DNA of 64,000 nucleotides from an uncultured Rhodoferax sp. (GTDB taxonomy: Bacteria > Pseudomonadota > Gammaproteobacteria > Burkholderiales > Burkholderiaceae_C): contig CAUPQG010000012.1 of NCBI GenBank assembly GCA_963513355.1, positions 46,624 through 110,623 of the forward strand, in the 5' to 3' direction. The translations under genes were made by a program, and so were the position numbers. The first letter of the stretch is position 1, and every line of letters begins with the position of its first letter. The notes under the pieces were generated by a model. That model made no database searches. It was given only the letters and a program-made list of their open reading frames with translations, and was not told the origin of the DNA. Below, in pieces: positions 54,252 to 64,000 of the stretch.

Positions 54252-54278
54252 CGCCCGATCCGCCTGATCCGCCTGATC
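54252..54278. repeat. Three tandem 9-bp units (CGCC[C/T]GATC)
   Basis: CGCCCGATC CGCCTGATC CGCCTGATC, located in the pip-folC intergenic region. Confidence 0.7.
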
Positions 54279-54312
54279 CTCCACCGCCGCTGGTGCGCCT
54301 GCAGAAGGCCAC

Positions 54313-55335
<1,023 letters not shown>

Positions 55336-55362
55336 TCAAGGAATTATGACAAAATCGCCCCC

Positions 55363-55713
55363 ATGATTACCCTTTACGGCATCCCCAATTGCGACACCGT
55401 CAAAAAAGCCCGCACCTGGCTGACGGACCACGGCGTGGACTACACGTTTCACGATTTCAAAAAACAGGGCGTGCCTGGAGCCCAGCTCGACAACTGGCTC
55501 AAGACTGTGGGCTGGGAAACGGTGGTCAACCGCAAGGGCACCGCGTGGCGCGGGCTGGACGATGCCACCAAGGCATCGGTGGTGGACGCCGCCAGCGCGC
55601 GCGCCGTGGTGCTGGTTGCGCCCAGTGTGGTCAAACGCCCAGTGGTGGAGTGGGCGGATGGCACCGTCACCGTGGGCTTCAAGCCCGAGGCCTTTGCCGC
55701 GAGGCTTCCATGA
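55363..55713 (+). CDS. ArsC/Spx-family reductase (YffB-like)
   Basis: [20 protein letters not shown]...G..Y.FHDFKK.G, typical of YffB. Confidence 0.85.
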   Translation: MITLYGIPNCDTVKKARTWLTDHGVDYTFHDFKKQGVPGAQLDNWLKTVGWETVVNRKGTAWRGLDDATKASVVDAASARAVVLVAPSVVKRPVVEWADGTVTVGFKPEAFAARLP

Positions 55714-56030
55714 ACTGGCTCATTCTGGTCGTTGCCGGCCTGTTTGAAGTGGGCTGGGCCATTGGCCTGAAATACACCGACGGTTTTTCCCGCCTGTGGC
55801 CATCCGTCGGCACCGTGCTGGCCATGGTGATCAGCGTGGTGCTGCTGGGCATTGCCATGAAGACGCTGCCGGTGGGCACCGCCTACGCGGTGTGGGTGGG
55901 CATTGGCGCGGTGGGCACCGCCATCTTGGGCATGGTGCTGCTGGGCGACGCGGCCAACGCGGGGCGCATTGTCAGCCTGGCGCTTATCGTGGCGGGCGTG
56001 GTGGGCCTGAAGCTGGCTACACCGGCCTAA
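55710..56030 (+). CDS. sugE: SMR-family quaternary ammonium compound efflux transporter SugE
   Basis: [25 protein letters not shown]....SV.T......S..LL..A.K.LP.GTAYAVW.GIGAVG. ATGA start/stop overlap with the preceding gene. Confidence 0.9.
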   Translation: MNWLILVVAGLFEVGWAIGLKYTDGFSRLWPSVGTVLAMVISVVLLGIAMKTLPVGTAYAVWVGIGAVGTAILGMVLLGDAANAGRIVSLALIVAGVVGLKLATPA

Positions 56031-56160
56031 CCGCAACAGGCCAAGCTGGGCGCCATATGGCCATGGCCTAAAATCGCAGGCTGACCCGCTTGGCGCGCAT
56101 TCACCTGTGTGATGTGTGCGCCACCTCCACTTCTCTCAGACCGCAGCAAGCACCACGATC

Positions 56161-56484
56161 ATGACCACGCCTACCACCCAGATCCCCAATGTGACCGTCA
56201 CCACCCAGGCCAATGTGTACTTTGATGGCAAGTGCGTCAGCCACGGCATCACCTTTGCAGACGGCACCAAGAAGTCGGTCGGCGTGATCCTGCCGTCCAC
56301 ATTGACCTTCAACACCGGCGCGCCCGAGATCATGGAATGCGTGGCCGGCAGCTGCGAATACAAACTGGCCGGTACCGATGCGTGGGTCAAGAGCAGCGCG
56401 GGCGAGCAATTCAGCGTGCCGGGCAATGCCAAGTTCGACATCCGCGTGACTGAGGCATACCACTACATCTGCCATTTCGGTTAA
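56161..56484 (+). CDS. ppnP: Pyrimidine/purine nucleoside phosphorylase (YaiE/DUF1255)
   Basis: ANVYFDGKCVSH....DG..KS.GV..P....F.T...E.ME...G, a typical PpnP pattern of about 107 aa. Confidence 0.85.
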   Translation: MTTPTTQIPNVTVTTQANVYFDGKCVSHGITFADGTKKSVGVILPSTLTFNTGAPEIMECVAGSCEYKLAGTDAWVKSSAGEQFSVPGNAKFDIRVTEAYHYICHFG

Positions 56485-56494
56485 TCCAACCCGC

Positions 56495-57883
<1,389 letters not shown>

Positions 57884-57906
57884 GCCTTGCTTGAAACCCC
57901 ATAGAC

Positions 57907-57944
57907 AAAGCCCGCCAGGTGAGAGCCTGGCGGGCTTCTTTTAG
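57907..57944 (+). terminator. Rho-independent terminator after argG
   Basis: AAAGCCCGCCAGG-TGAGAG-CCTGGCGGGCTT followed by CTTTTAG. Confidence 0.75.
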
Positions 57945-57948
57945 CTGG

Positions 57949-58161
57949 CTACATAACTGCGACCTGGCTATCTAGATCGTCCATGACATCCTCAACAACT
58001 GGAATGATGTGATGACATTCCAGGCATCGGCAAACCCAGACGCGCTCATTGCCCATGTTCGTAATTTCAAGTAGTTCCAGTCTTGCTCCGCACCGATGAC
58101 AAGTATCGGGTTGCTCGGTCATGACTTGATAGACAGTATCTGTCGGAAATTGCCATTGCAT
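57949..58161 (-). CDS. Small hypothetical zinc-ribbon protein
   Basis: 70 aa with CHRC...CRCLEC cysteine pairs, in the low-GC islet immediately downstream of the HNH gene. Confidence 0.4.
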   Translation of the reverse strand: MQWQFPTDTVYQVMTEQPDTCHRCGARLELLEITNMGNERVWVCRCLECHHIIPVVEDVMDDLDSQVAVM

Positions 58162-58166
58162 AGCTG

Positions 58167-58952
58167 CTACTTCCGGTTATCTACGAATATCGACTTGCGG
58201 TGCCACGCAACAAACTCAAGTTGTGGGGCAAATCGTTCTGGCAACTCAATCTTTATCCCATTTAGCGGCAGCAGCACTTCTTTGACGAAGGTGTCACTGC
58301 ATCGCTTCAGATCGTCGGAAATGATGATCGTGAAATCATCAGCGAGGCAAATCAGCCCCTTGTCAAAAGCGCGATCATGAAGGGCTGACAAGCAAAGTCC
58401 ATTGCTTGGGTTCAGCCTGTTGGCTTTGTCGCTGCTCCAAGGAACAATATGACTGGCAATCAATAGACGTGAATCGGTCAGACCTGACATACAGCAGCGT
58501 CCTCTGTAACTACTGAGCCCGGCTCGACGGAAGAAATGCTGCTTGATCCGTTGTGTTGTCAAAGCCTGCCGTGTCTCCCCAGTAAAGTCGTCCACCGACA
58601 GTTCGTCACTCTCCGTGACTATTTCCGCCCGTTCCGTTGCGTCTCTACCCAATCGCTGCCGTAGCATCTGACATTCCACTGCTAACCGCTCCCAATCTGA
58701 GTGAAACTCTTCCCACACGGAGCGGTCCAGCGCTGACGCATTTCCTAACCCAGCGCGTCCTGTACTTGTAATTGCCGGGTCAATACTGGCAATGTTGAGC
58801 ATCTTCATTGCCACTGCGTCAGATGTGCGTCCAATGACTGTGGCTAGCGCCATGATTTCTGGGTTTCTCCCATGAATGCGCCCATACGGGATTTGGCAGT
58901 AAAGGTGGAAAGCCAGTTTGATTTGCTCCTTGGTCCAAAGTCCAGTTGCCAT
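58167..58952 (-). CDS. HNH endonuclease (COG3440-like predicted restriction endonuclease)
   Basis: C-terminal HNH_2-type motif LIASHIVPWS...NGLCLSALHDRAFDKGLI. The N-terminal domain WTKEQIKLAFHLYCQIPYGRIH...NPEI..LA..IGRTSDAVAMKMLN is typical of this family. Confidence 0.8.
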   Translation of the reverse strand: MATGLWTKEQIKLAFHLYCQIPYGRIHGRNPEIMALATVIGRTSDAVAMKMLNIASIDPAITSTGRAGLGNASALDRSVWEEFHSDWERLAVECQMLRQRLGRDATERAEIVTESDELSVDDFTGETRQALTTQRIKQHFFRRAGLSSYRGRCCMSGLTDSRLLIASHIVPWSSDKANRLNPSNGLCLSALHDRAFDKGLICLADDFTIIISDDLKRCSDTFVKEVLLPLNGIKIELPERFAPQLEFVAWHRKSIFVDNRK

Positions 58953-58961
58953 GATGTTGTG

Positions 58962-59300
58962 TCAAGTGATGACGTTGGTTTTATCGGAGAGGGGCCAATA
59001 GGCGCGCTTTGAGTTGAGTTTGGGCATACGACTGGACTTGGTTACGTCACTCTGCAATTCATTTCGATCAGCCAGCAGCGCAGCGCACGCGGTATAACTG
59101 TAACTGCTGCTTTTCTTCTGCCTAATCAGCTCGGCGACGATGCCCAAATCTTCGAGCACTTTGCCGTTCAGACTCTAGTGCTGGGTGCCGTAGCTCTTAC
59201 CGTCAGCGGCAGTTATCCGGAAATTCCAGATAACTGAATCCTCCTGCAACTCACTGTCGGCAAAGGTTTTCCGTGAATAGTTAGCACAAAATGCAGGCAT
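58962..59300 (-). pseudogene. Decayed ORF: RhuM-family-like N-terminal remnant with an in-frame TAG
   Basis: ELQEDSVIWNFRITAADGKSYGTQH-TAG-SLNGKV..., all in one frame. The first part resembles the conserved R.FR.TA.DGK.Y.T..Y.LD block of RhuM-type proteins (from memory), and similarity is lost downstream. The ATG at 59300 is only 15 bp from the divergent DUF962 start. Confidence 0.35.
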
Positions 59301-59315
59301 AACTAGGAGACAGCC

Positions 59316-59657
59316 ATGGACACCACCCAGACCGCCGCCCCACAGGCAGACATCCAACAAATGTCCACCTTCGCCGAGTTCTACCCCTTCTACCTGGGCG
59401 AGCACAGCAACCTGGCCTGCCGCCGCCTGCACTTTTTGGGATCGAGCCTGGGCCTGGTGTGCGTGGGCTTCATGGTTGCCACCGGCAACCCGTTGTACCT
59501 GCTGCTGGGCCTGTTCTGCGGTTACGCCTGCGCCTGGATCGGGCACTTTGGGTTTGAGAAGAACAAGCCAGCGTCCTTTAAGCGCCCGCTGTACAGCTTT
59601 ATGGGCGATTGGGTCATGTACAAGGACATGTGGATGGGCAAGGTCAAGGTGCTCTAA
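59316..59657 (+). CDS. DUF962 (Mpo1-like) membrane protein
   Basis: FAEFYPFYLGEH.N..CRRLHF.G......GYA.AW.GHF.FEKN.PA.F..P..S...D..M, a typical DUF962 pattern. AGGAGA RBS. Confidence 0.8.
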   Translation: MDTTQTAAPQADIQQMSTFAEFYPFYLGEHSNLACRRLHFLGSSLGLVCVGFMVATGNPLYLLLGLFCGYACAWIGHFGFEKNKPASFKRPLYSFMGDWVMYKDMWMGKVKVL

Positions 59658-59701
59658 GAAACATCAGGACAGTCCCAAGCGCGGGGACTAATTGGCCCCG
59701 T

Positions 59702-60652
59702 TCAAGCCGGACGCAAATACTGCTGCGCAATCGGCTCCAAATGCGCGGGCGAGATGCCCAGCGCCTGCAGCCCCGGCACCAGCCCGGTGGCGACGTTGTC
59801 TACCTTCATCGAATCCAGGTTATCGCGGCTCATCAGCGTGGGGCCGGGGGCAAACTCCATCAGCAGGGCTTGCAAGCGGCCCAAGGCATCGGGCAGGGCA
59901 ATCACCGGCCGGCCACGCCCGCCGTTGGCGCCGCTGAACTGGCCCGCCATTTGCACCAGTTCTTTCAGGGTGTACACATCGGGGCCGCAGGCCTCTACGA
60001 TGCGCACTGCTGCCCCCGATGCCTGGCGCAACACACTGCGCTGCAGGCTGCAGACAATGGCCGCGGCTACATCGTCCACCCACACGGGTTGAAACCGCGC
60101 GTGGGCGCCCGCCAACGGCATGACCGGGAAAACGGCCTGCAGGCGGGCAAAGAGGTTGAGAAACTGGTCTTTTGCGCCAAAGATCACGCTGGGGCGCAGC
60201 ACGGTCAACTCCACAGCTGACTCTGCAGCGGCCCGGTGCAACACGGCCTCTCCACGGCCTTTGCTGCGCAGGTATTCCGATGGGGCCTGGCCCGGCCGGG
60301 CGTCGTTTGCGCCGAGCGCGCTTACATGCACCAGTTTGCCAATGGCCTGTGCCTGGCAGACCCGGGCCAGCTTTTGGGGCAGCACCACATGGGCCTTGTC
60401 AAAAGCGGCGGCGTTGCCGTGCAGGATGGCGATCAGGTTGACCATGGCATCGTGGCCAGCGGCGGCACGGGCCAGAGCGGCTTCGTCGTGCACGTCCATC
60501 TCCAGCACGGTCACGCCGGGCAGATGCTGCAGGTGGCGCGCGTTGCCGCCGCGCCGCGTGGGCAGCGTCACACTCAGGCCCTGGCGCACCAGTTGTTGAC
60601 AAACCTGGGTACCGACAAAGCCAGTCCCACCCAACACAAGAATTGATTGCAT
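59702..60652 (-). CDS. NAD(P)H-binding atypical SDR (complex I NDUFA9-like family)
   Basis: MQSILVLGGTGFVGTQVCQQL N-terminal Rossmann motif, at about 316 aa. Confidence 0.75.
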   Translation of the reverse strand: MQSILVLGGTGFVGTQVCQQLVRQGLSVTLPTRRGGNARHLQHLPGVTVLEMDVHDEAALARAAAGHDAMVNLIAILHGNAAAFDKAHVVLPQKLARVCQAQAIGKLVHVSALGANDARPGQAPSEYLRSKGRGEAVLHRAAAESAVELTVLRPSVIFGAKDQFLNLFARLQAVFPVMPLAGAHARFQPVWVDDVAAAIVCSLQRSVLRQASGAAVRIVEACGPDVYTLKELVQMAGQFSGANGGRGRPVIALPDALGRLQALLMEFAPGPTLMSRDNLDSMKVDNVATGLVPGLQALGISPAHLEPIAQQYLRPA

Positions 60653-60697
60653 GGGGGGTACTGTACGCGGAGCGTGAAGCTCTTGTAAGCCTGTGGA

Positions 60698-61768
60698 TTA
60701 AACGACCACCGGCTCTGGCTCCAGCAGGATGCCAAAGCGCTCATACACGCTGGTCTGAATGGCCTTGGCCAGGGTCATCACCTCGCCGCCGGTGGCGCCA
60801 TTGCCGTCCGAGCCTGCACCGCGGTTCACCAGCACCAAGGCTTGTTTTTCGTACACGCCGGCTTGGCCTACGGTCTTGCCCTTCCAGCCGCACGAATCAA
60901 TCAGCCAGCCGGCCGCCAGTTTGATGGAGCCATCAGCCAGGTGGTAGTGCACCACGCGGGGCTCGCGGGCGATGATGTCGGCGCATTGCTCGGGTGAGAC
61001 CTGGGGGTTTTTAAAGAAGCTGCCGGCATTGCCAATGACGGCCGGGTCGGGCAGCTTGGCGCGGCGTATGGCACACACCCAGTCAAAAATCTGCTGCGCC
61101 GTAGGCTCGGTAACGCCATGCTCGGCCATTTTTTTCTCAATGTCGGCATAGCCCAGCACCGGCTTCCACACTTTGGGCAGCGCAAAACGCACGCGCAGGA
61201 TCAGGGCACGGTCTTTCAGGCCCTGCGTGGGCTGCCCGCCGGTGGTGATGGTGCCGCCGTGCTTGAAGACGGAGTCGCGGTAGCCAAAGGCGCATTGGGC
61301 GGCGTTCAGCGTGAACACCTGGCCGGTCTGCAAGTCCATGGCGTCCAGTGAGTCAAAGCGGTCTTGCAGTTCCACCCCATACGCGCCGACGTTTTGTACG
61401 GGCGAAGCGCCCACGGTGCCGGGGATCAAGGCCATGTTTTCCAGGCCAGGGTAGCCGTTGGCCAGTGTCCAGGCCACAAAGTCGTGCCAACCCTCGCCGC
61501 CACCGGCTTCCACAATATGGGCCTTGGCGGTTTCACCCACCCGGCGTATGCCTTTGACCTCCACCTTGAGCACCAGAGGCTTTACGTCACCCGTAATGAC
61601 GATATTGCTGCCCCCACCCAACACGAATTTGGGGCTGCTGGTCCACTCGGCGTCAGCCAAAACCGCCTTTACATCGGCCTCGCTGGTAATGCGCACCAAA
61701 GCCAGTGCCTTTGCCACGATATGGAAGGTGTTAAAGGGCTGGAGTGGGACGTTTTTCTCGACTAACAT
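60698..61768 (-). CDS. murB: UDP-N-acetylenolpyruvoylglucosamine reductase
   Basis: L.PFNTF........LV.I......LGGGSN......[22 protein letters not shown]......GSFFKNP. The start was set at the ATG at 61768. Confidence 0.92.
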   Translation of the reverse strand: MLVEKNVPLQPFNTFHIVAKALALVRITSEADVKAVLADAEWTSSPKFVLGGGSNIVITGDVKPLVLKVEVKGIRRVGETAKAHIVEAGGGEGWHDFVAWTLANGYPGLENMALIPGTVGASPVQNVGAYGVELQDRFDSLDAMDLQTGQVFTLNAAQCAFGYRDSVFKHGGTITTGGQPTQGLKDRALILRVRFALPKVWKPVLGYADIEKKMAEHGVTEPTAQQIFDWVCAIRRAKLPDPAVIGNAGSFFKNPQVSPEQCADIIAREPRVVHYHLADGSIKLAAGWLIDSCGWKGKTVGQAGVYEKQALVLVNRGAGSDGNGATGGEVMTLAKAIQTSVYERFGILLEPEPVVV

Positions 61769-61801
61769 GATGGGATTGTCGCATCCGGGGAAACATACAA
61801 C

Positions 61802-62287
61802 ATGCCATCTTTTGATACCGTCTGCGAAGCAGAACTCTCCAAAGTCAAGAACGGGGTGGACAACACCACCAAGGAAATCACTACGCGCTTTGACTTCAAG
61901 GGCACATCGGCCGCCATCAGCCTCAAAGACAAGGAAATCACGCTGATCGGCGATGCTGAATTCCAGCTCGACCAGATCGAAGACGTGCTGCGCAACAAGC
62001 TCACCAAGCAGGAAGTGGATGTGCGCTTTCTGGACAAGGGCGATGTGCAAAAAATGGGCGGCGACAAGGTCAAGGTCGTCATCAAGGTGCGCAACGGCAT
62101 TGAGACCGAGGTGTCCAAAAAGATCCAGCGCCTGATCAAGGACAGCAAGATCAAGGTCACTGCTGCCATCCAGGGCGACGCCGTGCGCGTGACCGGCGCC
62201 AAGCGCGATGACCTGCAGGCCGCCATGGCCCTGATCCGCAAAGACATTGCCGACCTGCCGCTGAGCTTCAACAACTTCCGCGATTGA
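61802..62287 (+). CDS. yajQ: YajQ-family nucleotide / cyclic-di-GMP-binding protein (UPF0234)
   Basis: MPSFD.V......E..N.V.....E...R.DFKG......L......I.L.......L.Q..D......RV.G.KRDDLQ, a typical YajQ pattern of 161 aa. Confidence 0.9.
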   Translation: MPSFDTVCEAELSKVKNGVDNTTKEITTRFDFKGTSAAISLKDKEITLIGDAEFQLDQIEDVLRNKLTKQEVDVRFLDKGDVQKMGGDKVKVVIKVRNGIETEVSKKIQRLIKDSKIKVTAAIQGDAVRVTGAKRDDLQAAMALIRKDIADLPLSFNNFRD

Positions 62288-62940
62288 TGAAACCTGCCGC
62301 CCTGCTCACATTGTCCCTGGCCTGCTGGGTAGGCCAGAGCGCATGGGCCCAATCCGTGGGCTTGTCGGGCATGCTGGGCGGCAAGGCATTGGTGATCGTG
62401 GATGGCAGCCCGCCCAAGGCCGTGGCCGCTGGCGAGAGCTTCAGGGGCGTAAAAATTGTGTCCACCCAGGGTGATGAAGCGGTGGTCGAGATTGAAGGCA
62501 AGCGCCACACACTGCGCGTGGGCGACGCACCGGCCAGCGTTGGCAGCAGTGCTGGCAGTGCACCACCCGGTGGCAGCCGCATTGTGCTGACCGCAGGTGG
62601 CGGGGGGCACTTCTTTACGCTGGGGCAGATCAACGGCAAATCCACCCAGATGGTGGTAGACACCGGTGCAACCTCCGTGGCCCTGAGCGTGGCCGAGGCC
62701 CAGCGCCTGGGTATTGAATACAAATCTGGGCAACCCATACAAATGAGCACGGCCAATGGCTACATTCAGGGCTGGGTCATCAAGCTCAACTCCGTGCGGG
62801 TGGGTGATGTGGTGGTGCACGGAGTAGAGGCTGCCGTATCGGCAGGCTCCATGCCCTATGTGCTGCTGGGCAATACGTTTCTGACCCGTTTTCAGATGAC
62901 CCGTGCCAACGACCAGATGGTGCTGGAAAGACGCTACTAA
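62287..62940 (+). CDS. Secreted retropepsin-like (clan AA) aspartic protease
   Basis: Signal peptide ending SAWAQ and the catalytic context MVVDTGATSVALS. TGATG overlap with the yajQ stop codon. Confidence 0.75.
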   Translation: MKPAALLTLSLACWVGQSAWAQSVGLSGMLGGKALVIVDGSPPKAVAAGESFRGVKIVSTQGDEAVVEIEGKRHTLRVGDAPASVGSSAGSAPPGGSRIVLTAGGGGHFFTLGQINGKSTQMVVDTGATSVALSVAEAQRLGIEYKSGQPIQMSTANGYIQGWVIKLNSVRVGDVVVHGVEAAVSAGSMPYVLLGNTFLTRFQMTRANDQMVLERRY

Positions 62941-62951
62941 GGCTGCGTGCA

Positions 62952-63911
62952 GTGAGCATCCGGAGCGAAAACGAATACGAAGATTTATTGGCCCTGTGGT
63001 CAGACCTGGAGTCGGGTCTCGGTGTCATTTTGGGCAGCCCCGCCAGCACGCAAGAGTTTGCCCACCGGGTTTTGCAATACGACCGCTGGATGCAGAGCCT
63101 GCTGCAGCGCGACCCCGATGTGGGCTTGTACCTGCTGTTTCAGCTGGCCGGCAATTCACCGGTTGGCTACAGCGCCTCCCACTCCCTGGTGTGCGCCGTG
63201 CTCAGCCACCTGATTGCGCTTGAGCTCGGTATTGCAAAAGGCGAGCGCGACAGCCTGGTGCATGCGGCGCTGACCATGAACATTGGCATGACGGCCATGC
63301 AAGACGCACTGGCAACCCAGGTAGAGAAGCCCACGCCTGAGCAGCAGGACGCTATCCGCATGCATGCGGTCAAGGGCGCGCTGATGCTGGGCAATTTGGG
63401 GGTAACCGATGCGAATTGGCTGGATATTGTGTCGGGCCACCACGACGAATCTGTCGACAAGGCCGATCTGCACACGGCCCCGCCGGTTACACGGCTGACC
63501 CGCATTCTGAAGATGGTGGACCGCTATGCGGCCATGATCAGCCCGCGTATGTCACGCGCAGGCCGCACGGCAACGGAATCTGCACGGGCGGTCATCGCCA
63601 ATGCTTCGGCCAAAACGGATGAAATCGGCCATGCACTGGTACGCGCGGTGGGCCTGTGCCCGCCAGGCACGTATGTGCGCATGGAGAACAACGAGACCGC
63701 GGTGGTGCTGCGCCGCAGCAATCTGCACAACCACCCCTACGTGGCCGTTATAGCCAACCCGGCTGGGGAAATGATCCCCAGCCCACAGCTGCACCTTACC
63801 GCTGACAAGGGTTACAAGATCAAATCGGCACTACCCGCCTCTGCCGTGCGGGCACGCCTCAATCACTTCCAGATGCTGCGCTTGGGCGCTTTTGCGGCAC
63901 AGAAGGCCTAA
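62952..63911 (+). CDS. HD-domain-like protein with degenerate HD-GYP-type motifs
   Basis: GTG start. There is a helical HD-like core, but it reads HAALTMNIGM where HD.GK is expected and HHDES where HHE..DG.GYP is expected. LKMVDRYAAM resembles the conserved D.YDA helix. Alignment was by eye only. Confidence 0.55.
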   Translation: MSIRSENEYEDLLALWSDLESGLGVILGSPASTQEFAHRVLQYDRWMQSLLQRDPDVGLYLLFQLAGNSPVGYSASHSLVCAVLSHLIALELGIAKGERDSLVHAALTMNIGMTAMQDALATQVEKPTPEQQDAIRMHAVKGALMLGNLGVTDANWLDIVSGHHDESVDKADLHTAPPVTRLTRILKMVDRYAAMISPRMSRAGRTATESARAVIANASAKTDEIGHALVRAVGLCPPGTYVRMENNETAVVLRRSNLHNHPYVAVIANPAGEMIPSPQLHLTADKGYKIKSALPASAVRARLNHFQMLRLGAFAAQKA

Positions 63912-64000
63912 GCCTTTTTCTTGCTGCCCAGTTTGGATTCGGTGCCTTTGACCAGGCGCGAAATGTTCTCAGCGTGGCGCCAGATCAATAGAGCCGACAT
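63908..64000 (-). CDS. plsY: Glycerol-3-phosphate acyltransferase PlsY, C-terminal fragment (remainder lies outside the window)
   Basis: The minus-strand translation ...LLIWRHAENISRLVKGTESKLGSKKKA-stop matches the conserved PlsY C-terminus (HR.NI.RL..GTE.K.). Confidence 0.6.
   Translation of the reverse strand: MSALLIWRHAENISRLVKGTESKLGSKKKA

Noticed and set aside
59175-59546. A 123-aa minus-strand ORF overlapping the DUF962 gene.
   Set aside because: Only its last ~41 codons, downstream of the ATG at 59300, look like real though decayed coding sequence. The upstream part is antisense to the well-supported DUF962 gene and is Ala, Gly and Gln-rich shadow sequence.

Overview
This is a 64 kb chromosomal window from a high-GC Gram-negative genome. 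Gene content and synteny suggest a betaproteobacterium of the Burkholderiales/Comamonadaceae type, but that is an inference and no search was run. Most of the window is housekeeping core. It holds ettA, rhlE, gloA, edd-eda, pdxH, valS, cysM, rmlCADB, livHMGF, rarA, gltX followed by tRNA-Ala/Glu/Asp, metZ, the conserved purF-cvpA-SPOR(dedD-like)-folC block, pip, sugE, ppnP, argG, murB, yajQ and a partial plsY. I count four tRNAs and saw no rRNA, CRISPR array, transposase or integrase.

The observations most worth a second look:
1. A visibly AT-richer five-gene chemosensory-like module at about 3.2-8.6 kb. It contains a CheY, a degenerate-receiver-CheX fusion, a stand-alone CheX-like protein, a membrane-anchored mini-MCP that is little more than the signalling tip, and a transmembrane 4HB-HAMP-PAS-Hpt-CheA-type ATPase chimera. 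It has no CheW, CheR or CheB and no recognisable CheW-like P5 domain.
2. Two large DUF1631-type paralogs bracketing ettA.
3. An in-frame TGA inside the normally essential folC gene.
4. A dispersed intergenic repeat of about 55-65 bp (AT-rich hairpin plus ACGGGGGCTAGAGGC box) present five times. One copy encodes a putative signal peptide.
5. A forced out-of-frame overlap between the Gly/Arg-rich tail of RhlE and the Rossmann motif of the next gene.
6. A small low-GC islet after argG carrying an HNH nuclease, a zinc-ribbon ORF and a decayed RhuM-like remnant.

All functional calls come from reading the translated ORFs and recognising motifs. No database search was run.
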